Virus record (IMG/VR): IMGVR_UViG_3300035698_010959
Length of the DNA stretch: 64,000 bases
Strand: one strand, 5' to 3'
Source: a virus
This document shows, in pieces, positions 27,549-38,041 of the stretch (its first letter is position 1; each line of letters opens with the position of its first letter). A program made the position numbers and the translations under genes. The notes beneath the pieces were generated by a model. It was not told where the DNA came from. It saw only the letters and a list, made by a program, of their open reading frames with translations, and did no database searches.

Positions 27549-28394
27549 CTAAGCGACTGTAGAAGCTATAAAACTATAAACTTCTAATATATTTTTTCCT
27601 GAATCGTCTATTGATTTTGCCACACTTGTTATGTGACAATTTTGTAAAGTTTCTAATGTTCCCCATCTTGGAAATCTACTTCCTTGGGCGTATGAGTCAT
27701 TATCTACATTTTCTTCTGGTTGTCCATACTTTACTACTATTTCAAATCCATCTTCTGTTGTGTAAAATTTTGGTCTGGTTTTAAATGAAGCTGATCGAGC
27801 TTGAGATGCTCCAGACTTTATTTTATATGCGTTTGATAACTCAGTATCTTCCCCCCAGAACGCACTGTCAAGCGCATCCATAAGTTCACTCCATAGTCCA
27901 CCTTCTTCTCTATTCTTTGTAGAAGAATTCACAAAGTCCTCCATACTAAAGTCTCCTTTAAGAGCGAGTCTTTTCATTTCTAATACAGAAGCATCAGTTT
28001 CTTCTTTTGCTTCTTTTGTTAGTGCTTCTAGTTTTTTATCTATTGTTTCTGGACTTGCTAAATAATCTAATAACTTTGGTATATAGTAAGCTTCTTTAAA
28101 GTTTATAGTAAAAGACCCTTGTACAATTCGTGCTCCGTGCGTTACAGACCTATATGTGTAATCAGCATATCCCATATTTGGTCGTGTTTGTTCAGCTTCT
28201 TGGAATGTAAGTTGTATTATTTCATCCATATAAATGTTACTAAAGTAACAGCTCATATCTAATCCTGAATAGTAATTAGAGTTAAAAGAGCGCTGTAATA
28301 TCCAGTCAGGTGTATCCTTACGAGTTTCTCCAGTTCTATAGGTAACTCCAGGCATTGTTCTATTACTATTAGATGGTAATTTAAATAATCTCAT
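27549..28394 (-). CDS. Tail tube-like protein (paralogue 3)
   Basis: YYSGLDM...V.HGARIVQGSFTINF...E.YSFIA, homologous by eye to 29239..29973. Confidence 0.65.
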   Translation of the reverse strand: MRLFKLPSNSNRTMPGVTYRTGETRKDTPDWILQRSFNSNYYSGLDMSCYFSNIYMDEIIQLTFQEAEQTRPNMGYADYTYRSVTHGARIVQGSFTINFKEAYYIPKLLDYLASPETIDKKLEALTKEAKEETDASVLEMKRLALKGDFSMEDFVNSSTKNREEGGLWSELMDALDSAFWGEDTELSNAYKIKSGASQARSASFKTRPKFYTTEDGFEIVVKYGQPEENVDNDSYAQGSRFPRWGTLETLQNCHITSVAKSIDDSGKNILEVYSFIASTVA

Positions 28395-28403
28395 ATTTTC
28401 CTA

Positions 28404-29081
28404 CTAGAATGTTGGTCCAACTATATGTATTCCGGTTTGATTTATGTGCAGTAGCGTGTCATCAAACACAGTAGAAGTATCATATTGTGTTTTTGAAAAT
28501 GCGTTATCATCCTCTGTATAGTTGCTTTCTCTACTAACATATTCAGAACCATCATTGCTATTTTTGCTTGTTATATATGCTGGTTGTAATGGAGTTCGTG
28601 ATATAGCCATGTATGAATAACTTTCCATTAGGGCTATGTTGTCTAAACTATAGGTTATACCTTCATCTAGTATTGTTATGCCTTCTATTGTTGAGTAACT
28701 TGCGTTTCCAATTTCATTTACAAATGTTATAATTACGTCAAATCCTGGAAACTCATCTGCTAATACAACATCTGGAGTCTTCCACATTTTTCTTGCATTA
28801 TCTGTTATTTTGGTAAAGGCTTCTCTGTCAATTGTATTAAATGCAAGTGTACCACCAATCAAACGGTGACCAGCGGTAAATCCTTTTGGCCCTATTCGTG
28901 AACAAGATGTGACAGGAAATTTATCTCTGTGTGAACTTACTGACAACATTGCTAATGTTCCAAGAAGCATTGGTTTTAATATGCCATATGCTGGTTGTGG
29001 TTGTATTGTTGCAATAATATCACAAGCAGAAAAAGCACGAGTTGTATCGTATATAGGATTAGTAGTTGGTTGTTGTGACAT
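28404..29081 (-). CDS. Tail tube-like protein (paralogue 2)
   Basis: RAFSACDI...GTL..LSVSSHRDKFPV...GHRLIGGTLAF...DEFPGFDV.ITFVNE.G...I.GITILDEG. Confidence 0.7.
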   Translation of the reverse strand: MSQQPTTNPIYDTTRAFSACDIIATIQPQPAYGILKPMLLGTLAMLSVSSHRDKFPVTSCSRIGPKGFTAGHRLIGGTLAFNTIDREAFTKITDNARKMWKTPDVVLADEFPGFDVIITFVNEIGNASYSTIEGITILDEGITYSLDNIALMESYSYMAISRTPLQPAYITSKNSNDGSEYVSRESNYTEDDNAFSKTQYDTSTVFDDTLLHINQTGIHIVGPTF

Positions 29082-29160
29082 GATGATGTGTTTTAGCTTA
29101 TGTGCTCTTTCCTATTATACATTATAGTAAATATCTATAAATTTTTATAGTTTATAGAGG

Positions 29161-29196
29161 AAAAAAGAAGAGGCCGGTGTGTTATGCCGACCTCTT
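29161..29196 (-). terminator. Intrinsic terminator after the major tube gene
   Basis: Minus strand AAGAGGTCGG-loop-CCGGCCTCTT followed by CTTTTTT. Confidence 0.7.
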
Positions 29197-29238
29197 ATAA
29201 ATATGTCTACTAGAGAGAGGTCGTTGTAGTGAGTTCCT

Positions 29239-29973
29239 TTAAGTTGTACCGTACTTAGAGTTAAACTGTACAGGAGACTCAATAGCAGTTAGAGGTATAA
29301 CCGTTCGTGCTATAAAGGTATATGCAATTTCTGAACTTAAATCATCCATAGTATATCCACTTCCTTCATTTAGAAGAGTAATACCATTGATGGTTGCCCA
29401 TGCTGCATCTCCATTTTCGTTTACCATTGTAAGACAGATATCAAACTCAGGTATTTCATCAGAGTATCTTACTACTCTATTTCTTACCATATTATAGACT
29501 TCTGCAACTTCTCTTTGCACATTAGTAAGAGTTACATCATTACCATTTGCTCCAGGAAGAAGGTCTACTGTTGGGTTTCCATTTATTGCAAAGCGGTTAT
29601 TTATATCGCTTATAGCATTTACTGAAGAGAATTGTGAATACTCAGTTTCACTTATGAGTCTTTCCATTTGCTCAATCTCTCCAAACCTTGTACCATACAG
29701 TGTTTTTCCTGTATCATCTGCAAAATGATCTCTTAACAGAGCATGTCTATCGAAGTTAGTAAATACTAACGTTCCAGCTATTCCGCGTTTTCCACGTACA
29801 ACAGCACGTAAGTCACAGTTTCCCATTGTATATATAGGTAAAGCTTCTCTTGTAATGCTGACAGTAACAGCCTGTAGTGTTCCACACTGCTTACCATTTA
29901 TGTATGCAGTCATGTCACATCCAGAGAATGCTCTCATATTGAGTTTATTGTTTGCTAATATTCGGTCTGCCAT
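29239..29973 (-). CDS. Major tail tube protein
   Basis: Immediately downstream of the sheath and followed by a terminator; AFSGCDM...GTLQAVTVSITRE..PIYTMG...RGKRGIAGTLVF. Confidence 0.75.
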   Translation of the reverse strand: MADRILANNKLNMRAFSGCDMTAYINGKQCGTLQAVTVSITREALPIYTMGNCDLRAVVRGKRGIAGTLVFTNFDRHALLRDHFADDTGKTLYGTRFGEIEQMERLISETEYSQFSSVNAISDINNRFAINGNPTVDLLPGANGNDVTLTNVQREVAEVYNMVRNRVVRYSDEIPEFDICLTMVNENGDAAWATINGITLLNEGSGYTMDDLSSEIAYTFIARTVIPLTAIESPVQFNSKYGTT

Positions 29974-29985
29974 TTAATTAACTCC

Positions 29986-31707
29986 TTAAGCACCCGTTGG
30001 TGGAGCAAGTTCGACTGTTACGTTAATGCTCCGTATTTGTAGGGCTGGCCGTATAACTAGCTCTACTCTTACTCGACCTAGAACTGTATCTACAGCATTA
30101 GCAGTTACTGAGAAGCTGTATCCAATGTTTTCTCCACCAGCTATAGCTCTGCTTTCTGCTATTGCATCTAACTCTATTCGTATTGCATTTCGGAACGCTT
30201 GTCTTGTTCCAAAGTGGTTTGGTTCTCCTATGAATCCTAAACCTATGTTTCTTATTCTTTCAATTACAGCATCAACTATTCGCATAATCTGAGCATGCTT
30301 ATAGTCACTTCTACGTACTGCTGCTGTGTTATCAAGGTTTACAACTAATCGTCCATCACTGGCTCTTCGTAGTGCAACATATGCTCCACCATAACCATTT
30401 AGATCGTCAGTTGTATTGTAGGCTTGTCCACCGGCTAGTTGGTTTACTTGCTTATTTGTAAACTCATAAGTAACTCCTTCAAGTCCAGGTAGTGATTTGT
30501 TTGTTGTTGCACTTTGAGGCTGTAGTGTGCTCATGTATCCAGCAAAAACTCCAGCTGGGCTATCTATGTATGCTCCTAGTTGTTTTTGTGATAGTATAAC
30601 ATCAGGTCCAGCTATTACTTGCATATATCTTCCTGTGTCTACAGTTACTCCGGTACGAGGATCACTTGCTGTAAACTGGGAAGCACCTTGTTGTGCTGCA
30701 TTCATTATATATCCCATTTTTAGGATATTTCTATTTGCATCTGCCATAGCTGCTGTACTTGTTATACAGTTAGTTACATGAGTTGCTATATCTGATCTTG
30801 CTACGTTAAGTAATGGATTTAATCCAATAACTCCTATTTTTGGGAATCCATTTATTGCTGCTAAGAATAAAGCACTTGCTAATTGTGTAGCAATTGATGA
30901 GTTACCAGAATCATCTCCAGATAGGTCATCATCTGCATAGATACCTGAGAGATATACTATATCTGCTGCTGTATCTTCTAATTCGCTAAATGCTCCACTT
31001 GTTGGATTAGCTATTGCAGTTGCATAATCTGTTACTGCAGTTAGCCCATCTCCAACACAAGCGTTTGTTCCTCCTGATAGGAAGAATGTGGAATTTAATG
31101 TAGCAGTTGGAGGATTTTCTGTATATGAACTTGTAGAGTTTGCTAATACCCTTATTGTTCTATTTCTTAGGTCATTATTTACTTCTGTCATTAACTGTGC
31201 AATAGTTTTTCCAGTAAGAGTATATGTAAGTGAATCTCCCTTTGCAAGTAAAGTTTGATCTATTATCATTGTGCCATTAGCTGAAGTAAAAGCTGCACTT
31301 ATTCCATTATATATACGACCTGGATAAATAGATCGTAATGTCATAGTTGTTCCATCTAATATAGAGTCTGCAGAATTTGCACATTCTCCACCAACCCTCA
31401 TTAGTAGAATGTCAGCACACCCTCCTAGAGCTACTTCATACATTCCTTTTATTAGTGTGTTGTTGTTGTAGTCTCCGCTTGTAGCGGTAGAAGTTGATGG
31501 TACTGAATAGTATTGATTGTATACAAGTGGCCCAAAAAGCGTTTCAGCATTACTAGCATTTACACGTACAGCTTGCCCAACTGGGCCGTCTAATGCAGTA
31601 CCGATAACTAGTATAGTGTCGGTTAATGGGCCTCCCTCAACAATAGGAACCAGAAGACCATTATCTTTGTAGTGAATAGACAGTCCTGGTATATTTGCAT
31701 TTGGCAT
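29986..31707 (-). CDS. Tail sheath protein
   Basis: ILVIGTALDGP N-terminus; C-terminal IMRIVD...FIGEPN...LGRVRVELVIRPALQIRSINVTV, typical of sheath proteins. Confidence 0.88.
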   Translation of the reverse strand: MPNANIPGLSIHYKDNGLLVPIVEGGPLTDTILVIGTALDGPVGQAVRVNASNAETLFGPLVYNQYYSVPSTSTATSGDYNNNTLIKGMYEVALGGCADILLMRVGGECANSADSILDGTTMTLRSIYPGRIYNGISAAFTSANGTMIIDQTLLAKGDSLTYTLTGKTIAQLMTEVNNDLRNRTIRVLANSTSSYTENPPTATLNSTFFLSGGTNACVGDGLTAVTDYATAIANPTSGAFSELEDTAADIVYLSGIYADDDLSGDDSGNSSIATQLASALFLAAINGFPKIGVIGLNPLLNVARSDIATHVTNCITSTAAMADANRNILKMGYIMNAAQQGASQFTASDPRTGVTVDTGRYMQVIAGPDVILSQKQLGAYIDSPAGVFAGYMSTLQPQSATTNKSLPGLEGVTYEFTNKQVNQLAGGQAYNTTDDLNGYGGAYVALRRASDGRLVVNLDNTAAVRRSDYKHAQIMRIVDAVIERIRNIGLGFIGEPNHFGTRQAFRNAIRIELDAIAESRAIAGGENIGYSFSVTANAVDTVLGRVRVELVIRPALQIRSINVTVELAPPTGA

Positions 31708-31735
31708 TGATTTGTCTCCTTCGATGAAGATTAAT

Positions 31736-32587
31736 TTAAAGAGTCCTTAGAGTATCTATTTCTAAATATTCATCGACTTTCTCGTAGTATATATAGTAAG
31801 TAGCACCTGTTTCTGGAGACTTCCCCCCAGTAATCCAAACAACAGATAACTGCCCAGAAACGTCGTCTTTGGTTATATAGTAGTCTATACTAAGTATATA
31901 GTCTGGTATTGTTCCAGAAGTTATTTGATTATCTCCTACTTGGTATATCTCTACTATACGTAAATCTTGCACTATGTTGTCTACTGTTTCCTGTAATGGG
32001 ATGTTATCAATAGTTAGTGCACTTCTTGTTATTGCAAGAGTTTCTAATTTTGCATCCATATCTATTATCAACTTTATATTTCGTATATTTTCCAGATATA
32101 CTGGATATATCGCTGTAAACACTGTTAGATATCTAAGAGATCTAATAGCAGTTCTAGATGGTACAGGTGGTAATGTGTAGTCTTTTACCTGTTCATTAAA
32201 AATGAATGTCTCAACTCCAGCTCTTACTAGAGCAGGAGTAGACTCCATTAGAAATTGCTCAAATCGCATCATCAAGTTATTTACTTCATGGTCTGAAGAA
32301 TGATATAAATCAAATTGATATATTACCGTTGTCCATTGTCCAAAGTATAGAACACTTTTATTATTACTTGATGTTTCTTTTTTTCGTATTCTTTGTTTTC
32401 TTGTTTCTTTTCCGTCTTTACCAGGTATACGTCTATGAATACTCCATACTATTGTTGGAATAGTAACAGCTTCATCTGGATATTTTTCTGTAAAGAGTGT
32501 ATCACTTATTACAGAGTGTTGCATACTAGCATGTAAGAGTTCTGGTATGTTAGTTGGATTGAGGTAACGCGGCATTTGTTGACACAC
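31736..32587 (-). CDS. Putative tail terminator/neck protein
   Basis: Position upstream of the sheath; YPDE...PTIVW...YQFDLY pattern. Confidence 0.5.
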   Translation of the reverse strand: MCQQMPRYLNPTNIPELLHASMQHSVISDTLFTEKYPDEAVTIPTIVWSIHRRIPGKDGKETRKQRIRKKETSSNNKSVLYFGQWTTVIYQFDLYHSSDHEVNNLMMRFEQFLMESTPALVRAGVETFIFNEQVKDYTLPPVPSRTAIRSLRYLTVFTAIYPVYLENIRNIKLIIDMDAKLETLAITRSALTIDNIPLQETVDNIVQDLRIVEIYQVGDNQITSGTIPDYILSIDYYITKDDVSGQLSVVWITGGKSPETGATYYIYYEKVDEYLEIDTLRTL

Positions 32588-34025
32588 CTATCTTAAAGGA
32601 CATTGTTTGGATTTCTCCAATAACTTGTAGCTTTACTAGTATATTTATAGACGTTGGTAAAAATTCTATTACGTAGTTTACATCTTTTGCACTTGGTATA
32701 TTTTGTAGTGCGTTTGTTACGTTTGAGTTTACTTCAGTTTTAGAATAGTTTGTTACTCCTATGTAGTTACTTAATGCATCATACAGTCTTGAACATACTG
32801 TTTGATAAGCTATAAAGCAAGTAGAGTTCCATTTACTATTTGAAGTTGTTCCTCTATAAACTGTAACTCCTTTTGATATTGTTCTATTTAAGAATATAAA
32901 ACCTGCATTAACAAGTTCATCAATTGAGGTTGCAGAATATACAGGTGTAAAATCTGGTACATCTATCTTTTTCCAAGATGTAGTAATTGGTTCTTTTGCT
33001 AGTAGTGTTGCATAAGGAGCTGCTGCTCCATTCCAATATGATATACCATTGTATGGGGTGAACCATCCAGAAGCAGCTACTAACGATAAGAAGTATAGTT
33101 TTGGAGTCTTTGGAAGCAAGCTAGTAGCATAAGCAGCAGAACTTGCTGAGCTTTCTTTGCTCTTCATATTCTGTACAAACATAGTAGGTATAGACATATC
33201 TTCAAATAATGCTGTGTTTACTGAGCCAGATATATCTTCATAGTCTAATCCTAGAAGTGAAACTATCCTAATTCTTGATAAATCAATCCTAGTTAAAAGT
33301 GAAGTAACTGCGCTTGATTCAAATGTACCATTCAAGCCACCAGTTAGATGTATGGAACTAATGCCTTCTATTGTTCCACTACCAACTACAGCTGTAGCTT
33401 TTAACATTCCATACCCTTTAGCATAGTCTGTGTTTATTTCTTTTGTTAATTCTGCTGCGGTTAACGGCCAATCGCTATACCATCTAGTTGGATATAATCC
33501 GTTTTGAGTTACTTTTAAGAACCCTCCAGTTGCTGTAAATGTTACAGAGTTATAGGTAGTTCCTCCATAACGTGATTCTACAGAAACATAACTACTTCCT
33601 GTTCCTAATGTAGTTGATGCTTTTGTTCCACCAACTCGCATTAGATATATTGTTTCTGGGTCTGCTGTTTGTGCTTCTGCTAAACCTCTAGTTAGATTTG
33701 TAGGTCCAGCCTCTCTTAAAAACCTTACTATAATATTTTTGTGTTCTCCTACTTTGTTAAAGGCTATAGTTGTTCCTGTTAGTGTAAGATTATGTAAGTA
33801 GTAAGGTTCATGTGTTCCTGTATTGGTAGCATATAAAACATCAATAGAGTTATTCCAAGGAGTAACCATAAGAGTAATACCTGTACTTGAGGGTGTAAGG
33901 GTAAACGCTTCATACCTATATGCGCCAAATAGTTCATGTGCTTCACTATAATCTGTTATTAGTGTAGGCTCTTCTAGTGGCCCATCAAACGCTGATCCTA
34001 TAAGTAGTAGTGGTATAGATGACAT
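32550..34025 (-). CDS. Second tail sheath-like protein
   Basis: LLIGSAFDGP...IYLMRVGG...SRYGG.TYN...LTGG.NG parallels the 573-aa sheath. Confidence 0.7.
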   Translation of the reverse strand: MSSIPLLLIGSAFDGPLEEPTLITDYSEAHELFGAYRYEAFTLTPSSTGITLMVTPWNNSIDVLYATNTGTHEPYYLHNLTLTGTTIAFNKVGEHKNIIVRFLREAGPTNLTRGLAEAQTADPETIYLMRVGGTKASTTLGTGSSYVSVESRYGGTTYNSVTFTATGGFLKVTQNGLYPTRWYSDWPLTAAELTKEINTDYAKGYGMLKATAVVGSGTIEGISSIHLTGGLNGTFESSAVTSLLTRIDLSRIRIVSLLGLDYEDISGSVNTALFEDMSIPTMFVQNMKSKESSASSAAYATSLLPKTPKLYFLSLVAASGWFTPYNGISYWNGAAAPYATLLAKEPITTSWKKIDVPDFTPVYSATSIDELVNAGFIFLNRTISKGVTVYRGTTSNSKWNSTCFIAYQTVCSRLYDALSNYIGVTNYSKTEVNSNVTNALQNIPSAKDVNYVIEFLPTSINILVKLQVIGEIQTMSFKIGVSTNAALPQSN

Positions 34026-34031
34026 TTATTA

Positions 34032-34526
34032 TTATATCCCAGTAGATAGTATTGTTTTTTGTAAAAATTCTTTTGTTGAATCTTCTATAGAGCATCCACC
34101 GACAAAAAAGCTAAGTTCTTCTTCTCTATATGCTTCTAACTCTTTTAGTCTATATACATGTATTATGCTTGTTGGTTGTCCTTGTGATTCTATTGAAGAT
34201 ATTGGAACATTCCATTCCACTTCTAGTACAAGGTCAGTTTGTTTTGGATAAGCAGTTTGTTTGAAGTATACCAACATATCAAAATCAGACATTATACCTT
34301 GTGCTAAACCAGCATCGTGTGTAAGACTAAATCTTCTAAATCTTACTGGTATGCGTTCTAATGTTATTACATGTCCTGTTCCATAACATGTAGGGCATAG
34401 CCCAGAACCTTCATTAGATATTTCAGAATAGCAATCTGGACATGGAAATTCTAGATTTTGTCTTATATAAATTATCCAGTGTGCATAATTATTTATAAAA
34501 TTTTCAAACTCTTTTTTTATTCGCAT
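34032..34526 (-). CDS. Putative head-closure/neck protein with a Zn motif
   Basis: CPDC...CPTCYGTG; position in the head-tail joining cluster. Confidence 0.55.
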   Translation of the reverse strand: MRIKKEFENFINNYAHWIIYIRQNLEFPCPDCYSEISNEGSGLCPTCYGTGHVITLERIPVRFRRFSLTHDAGLAQGIMSDFDMLVYFKQTAYPKQTDLVLEVEWNVPISSIESQGQPTSIIHVYRLKELEAYREEELSFFVGGCSIEDSTKEFLQKTILSTGI

Positions 34527-34783
34527 ATGCTATAACTAATACTATATTTTCTTTTATAAAATCAAAGAGTTCAAGTCTATTGATTTCATGTTATCTAGTT
34601 CAATTTTCTCAACGAGAGGGTTGAATACGACCCGCTTCACAGGAGAATATATTTATATCCTCTCCACTAGCAATAATATATTTTCTATACTATCTTTAGA
34701 ATTTATCTATAAGTATATTTTGAAAATTCAGTAGATGAATTCATATGTGTATTAAATTGTGCTAATGTTGCTAAGGCCATTAC

Positions 34784-35578
34784 TTATATTTCCTTTAGAC
34801 CATATCTATGTGCGTGTTTATTATGTAATTCTTTGATTTTATGAGCGCCTATGTGCTTATCAAATATCATTATTTGACCCATTGATCCACCAAAAAGTCT
34901 AACACCATTACGATGTCCTAAGCGGCAAATTGTACTTGGTTGGTACTCTGGTATCTGTATTCCAATTGCTGCACCATTTAGACCTCCTAATTGTACACCA
35001 TTTACATAGTAGTATTTTCTAGGACCTTCTGGTATAATGTTGTATGCTGTTGCATAGAACATCCATATATTATTAACAATTCCTGGTACAGCTTCTGTTG
35101 AGAAAGTATTACCTCCGTGTATAGCAAGACCTAGTAGGTGTGTGCCTCCATCTCCAGTACCAGAAAAAGTAAAGTATGTACCATTCCATACACCACCTGC
35201 TTCATCTTGGTTAAAGAATGTTTGGCTAAACTCGGCATTAATGTTTTCTATTTTAGCCCACACACATATTGTCATTCCAGATGCACCATAGAGGTGTTCG
35301 ATTCCACTTGTAGTATTAGCAAATATCTCTACAGAATCATTAACTCCATCAAAATATAGACTTCCACCTGCTTCTGGTTTCCACGTAGGCCCATCTAGGC
35401 TACCATTGTATCCAATACCCATAATGTCACCATGGGCTGGATTTCCATGTGGAGTCATACTGTGATCTACTATTCTATCATTTGTTTCAAGAGTTGAGTC
35501 TGCAAAGTCATAATATAGAATACAGTCTTCTGGTATTTCTAATGGATAGCTATCTGGAAGTATATTAGTAGTCGTCAT
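34784..35578 (-). CDS. LamG/concanavalin A-like domain virion protein
   Basis: LYYDF...SLYFDGVND...MTICVWAK...W.F.A..Y...YYVNG...FGGSMGQIMIFD. Confidence 0.8.
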   Translation of the reverse strand: MTTTNILPDSYPLEIPEDCILYYDFADSTLETNDRIVDHSMTPHGNPAHGDIMGIGYNGSLDGPTWKPEAGGSLYFDGVNDSVEIFANTTSGIEHLYGASGMTICVWAKIENINAEFSQTFFNQDEAGGVWNGTYFTFSGTGDGGTHLLGLAIHGGNTFSTEAVPGIVNNIWMFYATAYNIIPEGPRKYYYVNGVQLGGLNGAAIGIQIPEYQPSTICRLGHRNGVRLFGGSMGQIMIFDKHIGAHKIKELHNKHAHRYGLKEI

Positions 35579-35584
35579 ATGATT

Positions 35585-35890
35585 TTACCTTTCTACTTCA
35601 GAAATAATCTCACAAGGAGAACTTTCATCATGACGATAAAGTATTTGTTTTACACTACCACTAGTTAACTTAGTTACTAGATAGGTATTAATTGTAGTTT
35701 GGTCTGATTGCTTTTCTACACATAAACTACATGTTATTGTATATGTTCCATCAAGATTATTTTTAAGTGTAAGGCTGTCTCCTCGTTCACTCATAGCAAT
35801 AGGTAGTTTAGTTACTAAATAGTTAAAGATCTCATCTCTTTCGTTAGTGTTAGGTGTTGTTAGTATAGACTTGATTTGAAATTTAGCCAT
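35585..35890 (-). CDS. Hypothetical virion-module protein
   Basis: 101-aa ORF in tight operon. Confidence 0.6.
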   Translation of the reverse strand: MAKFQIKSILTTPNTNERDEIFNYLVTKLPIAMSERGDSLTLKNNLDGTYTITCSLCVEKQSDQTTINTYLVTKLTSGSVKQILYRHDESSPCEIISEVER

Positions 35891-35894
35891 GTTG

Positions 35895-36395
35895 TTATAT
35901 TTCCCTAACTATATAATCAATTGTTTCATCAAATAAGCCAGAAGCAGCATTTACAAATGTAAGTGCTAGTCCGCTTCCTAGATATGCTCCATCAATTAAT
36001 TTAGTTACTGCTGTGTGACCTGTTCCACTTGGATCAAATGAGTCACCAGAAGTTGCTACTGTGAATGAAGTTAATCTACTGTATACGTTATCGTAAGGAA
36101 TACCTAGTTCTGCATGGTATACATAGCAATCTATGCTTCCTAATGTAAATCCATTTCTTACTGTTAGAGAATATCGTTCTTTTAGTGGACTAGGTACAGT
36201 TAAACCTGTTACTCCGTAGTGAGTAGATAGAGCACCATTGTCTGCATCTATTGTTATTTGTCCACTTGCTACAAATGTATTTGGTAATATGTATCCTGCT
36301 CCCAGTAGAGTAGCATTAGAAGATACTGTTCCTGATACTGCTATTGGTGATTCATTGACTAACGTTGTGTTAAGTGTGTTAGAAAGTATTGCCAT
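35895..36395 (-). CDS. Hypothetical virion structural protein
   Basis: 166-aa Thr/Ser/Gly-rich ORF in tight operon. Confidence 0.6.
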   Translation of the reverse strand: MAILSNTLNTTLVNESPIAVSGTVSSNATLLGAGYILPNTFVASGQITIDADNGALSTHYGVTGLTVPSPLKERYSLTVRNGFTLGSIDCYVYHAELGIPYDNVYSRLTSFTVATSGDSFDPSGTGHTAVTKLIDGAYLGSGLALTFVNAASGLFDETIDYIVREI

Positions 36396-36396
36396 T

Positions 36397-37266
36397 CTAT
36401 TGAACCATTCCTATTCTAAGTTCATTAGAACCTATTTCGCTATCAAATTCTACTTGAACATAAGTTGCTGCTCGTGGATGGTCATCAAGATACTGGTCTA
36501 CAGATAGCTTAGATTGATCCATTGCTTCTAACGATGCATTGTAGTATGTAATCTCAGTAACAACTGCCGCTTTATTTGAAGATATTAATTGAGCAGGTGA
36601 AGTCCATGCTGCTGGTATTTTAAATATTTTACCTTCAAGAGTAGAACTCTCTGGTATAACTATATCTTCATTACCTATAAATGAATTTGTTTCTATTCGT
36701 ATATCATCTAAGAATAGAACTCCAGTCCATGTAGCAGATGTTGCTATCGTTCCTTGGTCCATATAAAGAACTAATGAAGATACACTGTCTAGAGTTGCTA
36801 AATTAGCAGCAGTTAAATCAGCACTAATTAGAGGTAACTGTAGTTTATACCATGTTTCTTTAGTCGCTATTGCTGGTAAATCAACGTAGTATTGAGTTCC
36901 TGCTGCTAGTGCTGTATTATCAAATCCTACTTTAAGTTCTCCAGTAGGTAATGCAGATGTTACTTTAGCATAACAACTAAGATGAGTTCGTGATGTTATA
37001 TCTGTATCGGCAGTAGCAGGAGCTACATGTGCTTTTATTCCAGTACAAGCAGATGAATCTAATTCAAATGTTGCTGAATATGTTCCTACTTTATTTACTG
37101 TTGATGTGTCTAATGTTATACCAGATGTTCCTGTTGTCCATGCGCTTTCACATGTGCTTAAAATTGCTTCACTATTTATTAGTGTTACACCAGTAGCATG
37201 CGTTATAAGCTCATTTGTTGCTATATTTACATCTACTGGTTTTGTTTGATTCCATCCTACTGTCAT
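36397..37266 (-). CDS. Virion protein with a carbohydrate-binding-like beta sandwich
   Basis: Thr/Ala-rich; W..L.LPL...V.SL.LY...LFLDDIRI ending typical of CBM-like jelly rolls. Confidence 0.55.
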   Translation of the reverse strand: MTVGWNQTKPVDVNIATNELITHATGVTLINSEAILSTCESAWTTGTSGITLDTSTVNKVGTYSATFELDSSACTGIKAHVAPATADTDITSRTHLSCYAKVTSALPTGELKVGFDNTALAAGTQYYVDLPAIATKETWYKLQLPLISADLTAANLATLDSVSSLVLYMDQGTIATSATWTGVLFLDDIRIETNSFIGNEDIVIPESSTLEGKIFKIPAAWTSPAQLISSNKAAVVTEITYYNASLEAMDQSKLSVDQYLDDHPRAATYVQVEFDSEIGSNELRIGMVQ

Positions 37267-37281
37267 ATCTGTATTATCCTT

Positions 37282-37851
37282 TTATCTTTTTCTTACTAGA
37301 GGTTGTGTATCTCTAGCTTTAAATGAATTTAATGAAGTAAAATCAGATGTTACTACAGATCCTATTGATACAACATGTGCATTTGTAGTTTGATTTACTA
37401 TACCACTTGCTGCTCTACTAGAAATTGCTACATCTAGATATGGATGTTGTGAATCTACATTTCCATATGTGTCTATCAGTATTGTTTCATCTTCCCAGAG
37501 TTTTGGAGATGATTGGTCTATAAATTTTAGTATTAAACTCTGGCATGTTAATTCTAAAGCACTAAGCTCTGCTTCAACTAATCCTCCGGTACCAGTAGTT
37601 GGTAGTGTTCCAATGTTAGTAAAGTCAGCAGCATCTTTTTTAATTGTCACATCTCCGACTTCGAAGTGTGTTGGTATTGCAATATCTGCACTTCCACGTT
37701 CAGTAAGAACAATTCCACGTAATGTTGTTGTAGTAGCGTATAGTCGTTGTAGTATTTGCATACGATGCTTTCCTCGTTTGCCGCCTAAACCATCATATTG
37801 TATATGGTCATTGTAGCATACGTTTGGTTGTTCATAAGTTGCATTCCACAT
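37282..37851 (-). CDS. Hypothetical virion structural protein
   Basis: 189-aa ORF; GDVTIKKD.ADF.N..TLPT...G...ELSA.E pattern seen in baseplate-upper-like domains. Confidence 0.55.
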   Translation of the reverse strand: MWNATYEQPNVCYNDHIQYDGLGGKRGKHRMQILQRLYATTTTLRGIVLTERGSADIAIPTHFEVGDVTIKKDAADFTNIGTLPTTGTGGLVEAELSALELTCQSLILKFIDQSSPKLWEDETILIDTYGNVDSQHPYLDVAISSRAASGIVNQTTNAHVVSIGSVVTSDFTSLNSFKARDTQPLVRKR

Positions 37852-37858
37852 ATCTCTT

Positions 37859-38041
37859 CTATTTGTTGTCTATGGCGGCTACTTTGGCTGCTAGTTTCAA
37901 ATTTATTGTTGCAATTCTTGCTTGAAGTCTTGTTATCTCTGCCTGTAGTGAAGTCTTTTGCTCTTCTAGTAAATCTGTGGCTTCTATTCGCTCTGTTGTT
38001 GTTTTAATTCCGCCAGTTACTTTTTCATATATATCAGACAT
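37859..38041 (-). CDS. Small coiled-coil protein
   Basis: 60 aa, heptad pattern, start overlaps the upstream stop. Confidence 0.6.
   Translation of the reverse strand: MSDIYEKVTGGIKTTTERIEATDLLEEQKTSLQAEITRLQARIATINLKLAAKVAAIDNK

Noticed and set aside
34527-34783. Intergenic gap with a 25-codon frame (MALATLAQF...) and a small GGGT/ACCC stem
   Set aside because: Too short, with no recognisable motif or tRNA fold; could be a gene remnant or promoter region.
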